Position numbers and translations under genes: made by a program | Origin: Nanobdellota archaeon | GTDB taxonomy: Archaea; Nanobdellota; Nanobdellia; Pacearchaeales; GW2011-AR1 | NCBI GenBank assembly: GCA_017610405.1 | Contig: JAFCCD010000004.1 | Span: forward strand, 1-43,350 | Length of the DNA stretch: 43,350 nucleotides | Reading direction: 5' to 3' | In this document: one piece after another, positions 39,313 through 43,350 of the stretch | How positions within the stretch are numbered: the first letter of the stretch is position 1 | Layout of the letters: the number at the start of each line of letters is the position of its first letter | Notes under the pieces: model-generated | What the model was told of the DNA's origin: nothing | What the model saw: only the letters and a program-made list of their open reading frames with translations | Databases searched by the model: none

Positions 39313-40587
39313 ATGGTAAAAACTAAAGCAGAACCAGGAGATTATGTTGAAGTTTTTTTGATGAAGAAGAATTATAAAGGATTTTTATTAGAATCTCCAG
39401 AATCAAGCAAAGGAATTGTTTTAATAAAATTAGATACTGGTTATAATATAGGATTTAATAAAAAAGATATTTTAGAAATTAAAGTTTTAAAAAAATCTTT
39501 AGAAAAAGAAGAAGAAATTGAACTTAAGAAAGATAAAGAAAAACCAAATATAGGAATGATTATTACAGGAGGAACAATTGCTGCGCGTTTAAATCCTCGT
39601 AAAGGAGGTGTTGATTGGCTAACAAGCCCTGAGAGTTTGTTTAAGTTTTATCCTGAACTTTTTGAAAAAGTTAATGTTTCGAAGATTGAAGTTCCTTTTA
39701 TGAAAGCATCTGAAGATATGGATTTTAAAGATTGGCAGAAGATTGCACGTACTGCTAAAGAATTATTAAATGATGTAAATATTAAAGGGGTTATAATAAC
39801 ACATGGAACTGATTTTTTGCATTATACTTCTGCTGCTTTGAGTTTTTTCTTGAGGGATTTGAATAAACCTGTTGTTTTAACATATAGTCAGAGAAGCATT
39901 GATAGAGCTTCCTCTGATGCTAATTTAAATCTTCAGTGCAGTGCTTTGGCAGCAATTTCAGATATCGCAGAGGTTATGCTTGTTGGACATGCAACAATGA
40001 ACGATGATTATTGCTATGCAATGCCTGGAGCAAAAGTTAGGAAACTTCATAGTTCTAGAAGAAATGCTTTTAAGGTTGTAAATGGAAAACCTTTTGCAAA
40101 AATATATCCTGATAGAATTGAAAAAATTTCTGATTATAATTCTAGAAAAAAAGGAAAAGTTAAAATAGATATTAAATTTGAAGAAAAAGTTGCACTTGTT
40201 AAAATTTATCCTGGGCAAGATCCAGATGTTTTAGATTATTATGTAAGGAAAAAATACAAAGGACTTGTTTTAGAGATGAGTGGATTAGGACATGTTCCAA
40301 CTAAAAGAGCCAGAAAACCATGGACATCTAAATTAAAAGAAATACAAAAAAAAGGAATTGTTGTTTGTGCAGCTGCACAAACTATTTATGGAAGATTAGA
40401 TCCTTTAGTTTATTCTAATGGAAGAGAGATTATGGAAACAGGGGTTATTTATCTCAAAGATATGTTGGCTGAAACAGCTTTAGTCAAGCTTGGTTATGTA
40501 TTGGCTAAAACCACAAATAAAGAAGAAGTAAAAAAATTTATGTTAACTAATATGGCACATGAACTAAATGATAGGTTAGAAGAATGA
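39313..40587 (+). CDS. gatD: Glu-tRNA(Gln) amidotransferase subunit D
   Basis: 424 aa. N-terminal GatD-specific domain, then an asparaginase fold (ITGGTIAARLN, ITHGTDFLHYTSAAL, LEMSGLGHVP). Confidence 0.9.
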   Translation: MVKTKAEPGDYVEVFLMKKNYKGFLLESPESSKGIVLIKLDTGYNIGFNKKDILEIKVLKKSLEKEEEIELKKDKEKPNIGMIITGGTIAARLNPRKGGVDWLTSPESLFKFYPELFEKVNVSKIEVPFMKASEDMDFKDWQKIARTAKELLNDVNIKGVIITHGTDFLHYTSAALSFFLRDLNKPVVLTYSQRSIDRASSDANLNLQCSALAAISDIAEVMLVGHATMNDDYCYAMPGAKVRKLHSSRRNAFKVVNGKPFAKIYPDRIEKISDYNSRKKGKVKIDIKFEEKVALVKIYPGQDPDVLDYYVRKKYKGLVLEMSGLGHVPTKRARKPWTSKLKEIQKKGIVVCAAAQTIYGRLDPLVYSNGREIMETGVIYLKDMLAETALVKLGYVLAKTTNKEEVKKFMLTNMAHELNDRLEE

Positions 40588-40661
40588 AATATACCTATTT
40601 TTATTAACTTTAAAGGAGTTACAATGAGAAGATTTATAAAGTAAAAAGTGATCTTTTTTCC

Positions 40662-41387
40662 ATGAAACAATATACATCTGAAGAATTTGATTGTTTTATG
40701 AAATCTATGAAAAAGGCTTCTGATTATTTACATAGCAAAAAGCCTGATTTTATTTTTGCTCCAATAATAGGTTCTATTCCTTTGATAGATATATTATCAA
40801 TAATTGATAGACATTTTCCTTTGGAAACTGTAGAATATCCTCCGAACTCTAGCAGATTTATTAATAGGGGAGAAATAATTGATAAATGGTTTTCCAATTT
40901 TTTAGAGGATAATTATATAGGGACTCCAATGTCAATAATTTGTGTAGATGAGGTAATTTCAGGATCTTCTGCAACTAAGGGTTATAAGGAATTTTATAAA
41001 ATTCTACATAAACTTAGTGAAAAAAAAGGAAAGTCTTTAGAAAAAAAAATTAAATATAAAATTTTAGGGATAGGGGAACAACCAAAAAATAATAATAGAA
41101 ATCATAGTTTTAAAAAAATGATAAATCAAAAAAGGGCAAAAGTATTTGAAACAAATAAAATAATAACTGCAGATAATATAGATTTAAATCCTATAAGATT
41201 AAAATTAGGAGAACTTAATAGACAAGGAAGACAAACATATTTACCAGAAATCAAATCTATGAATTATTCCCAGAATTATCTTAATCTACTGTATGAAACA
41301 GCGAATTATTTTGGCGCTGATCCAGATCAAGTTACTCTTGCAAATCTTTTGAAGATGCAGGGAAGCCTTGAAAAATATTTAGTATAA
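40662..41387 (+). CDS. Hypothetical protein with a phosphoribosyltransferase-like core (tentative)
   Basis: 241 aa. PDFIFAPIIGSIPLIDIL and SIICVDEVISGSSATKGY resemble the PRTase fold's hood and PRPP-loop layout. Confidence 0.45.
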   Translation: MKQYTSEEFDCFMKSMKKASDYLHSKKPDFIFAPIIGSIPLIDILSIIDRHFPLETVEYPPNSSRFINRGEIIDKWFSNFLEDNYIGTPMSIICVDEVISGSSATKGYKEFYKILHKLSEKKGKSLEKKIKYKILGIGEQPKNNNRNHSFKKMINQKRAKVFETNKIITADNIDLNPIRLKLGELNRQGRQTYLPEIKSMNYSQNYLNLLYETANYFGADPDQVTLANLLKMQGSLEKYLV

Positions 41388-41401
41388 ACTTTAGTAGAAT
41401 A

Positions 41402-41836
41402 ATGAAAATGGAAAAAGAAAAAATAGCAAAAAAAACACTTGATATTTTATTAGGAAATATAGACAATGTTGGAGATTTGAAGAGGCTAGAATGTGCTATT
41501 CAAGATTATCAAACTGAGGGAATTAATATAGATTTTTATAAAGGTAAAGTAAAAAAGTTAAGAAAAACTTTTAATAAAATTTGTAATGGTAAGGAATTCT
41601 TAACAAGTACAGTAGTACCAAGGTCAATTAGGTATTCGATAAATGAAATAGATAATATTGAAGATTTGAAGAGGTTAGAAAGGGCTATTCAATATTTCAA
41701 AGGATCTTCTGAATTCAATGTGGATCCACATATAGATAGAATAAGAGATTTAATAGAATTTTATGAAGAAAATTATGATGATTTCAAACAAAAGTTGAAA
41801 ATGAATAGTATCTATAAATTCAACACCAAGATTTAA
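41402..41836 (+). CDS. Hypothetical protein with an internal duplication
   Basis: 144 aa. NIDNVGDLKRLECAIQDYQTEGINIDFY and EIDNIEDLKRLERAIQYFKGSSEFNVDPH are two copies of one ~55-aa unit. Confidence 0.5.
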   Translation: MKMEKEKIAKKTLDILLGNIDNVGDLKRLECAIQDYQTEGINIDFYKGKVKKLRKTFNKICNGKEFLTSTVVPRSIRYSINEIDNIEDLKRLERAIQYFKGSSEFNVDPHIDRIRDLIEFYEENYDDFKQKLKMNSIYKFNTKI

Positions 41837-41913
41837 GAAAGAAATTCTTGAATTAATTATGCTTGGAATAAGTTTTGAATAAATTTAATAAACTCTTGTT
41901 TCTTTTTTTGATT

Positions 41914-43350
41914 ATGGAATTAGATTATGAAGGATTGGGTTTTAAAGCTGGTTTGGAAATTCATCAGCAGCTAAACACTAAAAAACTTTTTTGTAATTGC
42001 CCAAGTGTTTTGAGGAAAGATGAGTCTGATTTTGAAGTTATGCGAAAGCTTCATGCAATTGCAGGAGAATCTGGGGAAATTGATATTGCTGCCCAACATC
42101 AAGCAAAACTTAAAAAAGAATTTGTTTATCAGGGTTATGATACAACTTGTTTAGTTGAATTAGATGAAGAGCCAGCTCATGAGATTAATAAAGAAGCACT
42201 GGGGATTTCCTTACATATTGCTCTTTTAATGAATATGAAACCAGTTCCTATTACACAAATTATGAGGAAAACTGTTATTGATGGTTCAAATACATCTGGT
42301 TTTCAAAGAACTGTTTTAATTGCGCAAAATGGATATATTGAAACTAGTTTTGGTAAGGTTGAGATTGATTATCTTTATTTAGAAGAAGATGCTGCAAGAA
42401 TTGTTGAAAAAGGAGAGAAAAAAGATATTTATAAATTAGATAGATTAGGTATTCCTTTGGTTGAGATTGTAACTGCTCCTGATGTTAAAACTCCTGAACA
42501 AGCAAAAGAAGTGGCTTTACATATAGGGAAAATTCTAAGAGCTTGCAAAGTTCGAAGAGGAATTGGAACAATTAGGCAAGATGTTAATATTTCTATTCGT
42601 GAAGAAAAACGGGTTGAGATTAAGGGAATGCAAGATATGAAAATTTTTGTGAAAGTTATTGAAAATGAAATTTTGAGGCAAAAAAAATTGTCAGATAAAA
42701 AAACACCTACTAAAATGGAAGTTCGTAATGCTCAAAAAGATGGTACTACAAAATATATGCGTCCTTTACCTGGTTCTGCGCGAATGTATCCTGAGACAGA
42801 TTTACCTTTACTTAGAATTTCACGACAAATGATTGATCAAGCTAAAAAAACTCTTCCTAAAATGAGTAAAGATATTGAAAGAGATCTTAAAGAACAAGGA
42901 CTTAACAAAGAAATGATTTCCCTATTGTTAAAGCAAAATAAAATTGAAGAATTTAAAGAATTATCAAATGTTATTTCAAAACCAATGGTTATCGCGAAAA
43001 CTCTTTTAATTTTTCCAAAAGAAATTGCAAAGCATAAAAAAATTCCTTTGAATAAAATAGATAAAATTTTTAGTAAGGATGTTTTAGTTTATGTTTTAGA
43101 GAACCTGAAAAAAGGAAAAATTTCTGAGAACCAGATTAAACATGTTCTTGAAAACATTGCAAAAGGAGAGGATTATCAAAAAGCTCTTAAAATAAAGAAA
43201 GAAGATTTATATGGAAAAGAGGGAGAAATTATGAAGTTGATAAAAGAAAAACCAGGACTTTCGGTAAATGCTTATATGGGATTAATTATGAAAGAATTTC
43301 AGGGAAAAATTTCTGGAAAAGAAGTTTCAGAAATCATTAAAAAGTATGTT
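41914..43350 (+). CDS. gatE: Glu-tRNA(Gln) amidotransferase subunit E, 3' end outside the window
   Basis: Not in the track because there is no stop in the window. ATG 41914, open for 479 codons to the window edge: MELDYEGLGFKAGLEIHQQLNTKKLFCNCPS..., TCLVELDEEPAHE, GSNTSGFQRTVLIA, LEEDAARI, GIPLVEIVTAPD, GTIRQDVNISI. Confidence 0.9.
   Translation, partial: MELDYEGLGFKAGLEIHQQLNTKKLFCNCPSVLRKDESDFEVMRKLHAIAGESGEIDIAAQHQAKLKKEFVYQGYDTTCLVELDEEPAHEINKEALGISLHIALLMNMKPVPITQIMRKTVIDGSNTSGFQRTVLIAQNGYIETSFGKVEIDYLYLEEDAARIVEKGEKKDIYKLDRLGIPLVEIVTAPDVKTPEQAKEVALHIGKILRACKVRRGIGTIRQDVNISIREEKRVEIKGMQDMKIFVKVIENEILRQKKLSDKKTPTKMEVRNAQKDGTTKYMRPLPGSARMYPETDLPLLRISRQMIDQAKKTLPKMSKDIERDLKEQGLNKEMISLLLKQNKIEEFKELSNVISKPMVIAKTLLIFPKEIAKHKKIPLNKIDKIFSKDVLVYVLENLKKGKISENQIKHVLENIAKGEDYQKALKIKKEDLYGKEGEIMKLIKEKPGLSVNAYMGLIMKEFQGKISGKEVSEIIKKYV

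Noticed and set aside
1-43350. Possibility that the contig is from a CPR-type bacterium, given bacterial-type LeuRS, AlaRS, DisA, SLT, VanZ, SpoIIM and HtrA
   Set aside because: TFB, TFE-alpha, S8e, S17e, EndA, a canonical archaeal tRNA intron, deoxyhypusine synthase, GatD/GatE, the Sm-like gene and BRE/TATA-type promoters are archaeal hallmarks spread across the whole window.

Overview
Visibly AT-rich, tightly packed archaeal chromosome segment. The archaeal assignment rests on TFB, TFE-alpha, ribosomal proteins S8e and S17e, tRNA-splicing endonuclease, an intron-containing tRNA, deoxyhypusine synthase, GatD/GatE, an Sm-like gene, and archaeal-type GlyRS and ProRS. The small-genome look (short or overlapping intergenic regions, giant surface protein, bacterial-type genes mixed in) suggests a DPANN-like lineage, but that is inference only. 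I call about 45 protein genes and 5 tRNAs: Leu-UAG, Arg-UCU with a 46-nt intron, Cys-GCA, a CAU tRNA and Arg-UCG. There is no rRNA, CRISPR array, transposase or integrase. The main accessory region is 6356-17299, a block of five or six envelope proteins dominated by a 2030-aa ORF. In that ORF a large glycosylation-sequon-rich ectodomain is followed by a short hydrophobic anchor and then a ~370-aa tail made of four sigma-70-region-4/LuxR-like helix-turn-helix modules. This is my top candidate for something undescribed. Other points worth a second look:
- A secreted paralogue of the giant's membrane-proximal domain, with 42-nt and 57-nt perfect identity blocks.
- A shared post-signal TG motif in the envelope proteins.
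- Tandem unknown paralogues (2235-3771) whose conserved C-terminal module sits in ~50% GC islands.
- A frame-broken Sm-like gene.
- A DisA-type diadenylate cyclase near a DHH/DHHA1 phosphoesterase.
- Bacterial-type LeuRS, a truncated bacterial-type AlaRS and an SLT lytic transglycosylase in an archaeal context.
- gatD and gatE separated by two unknown genes.
- An N-terminally extended GlyRS.
All functional calls come from reading motifs by eye. No searches were run.
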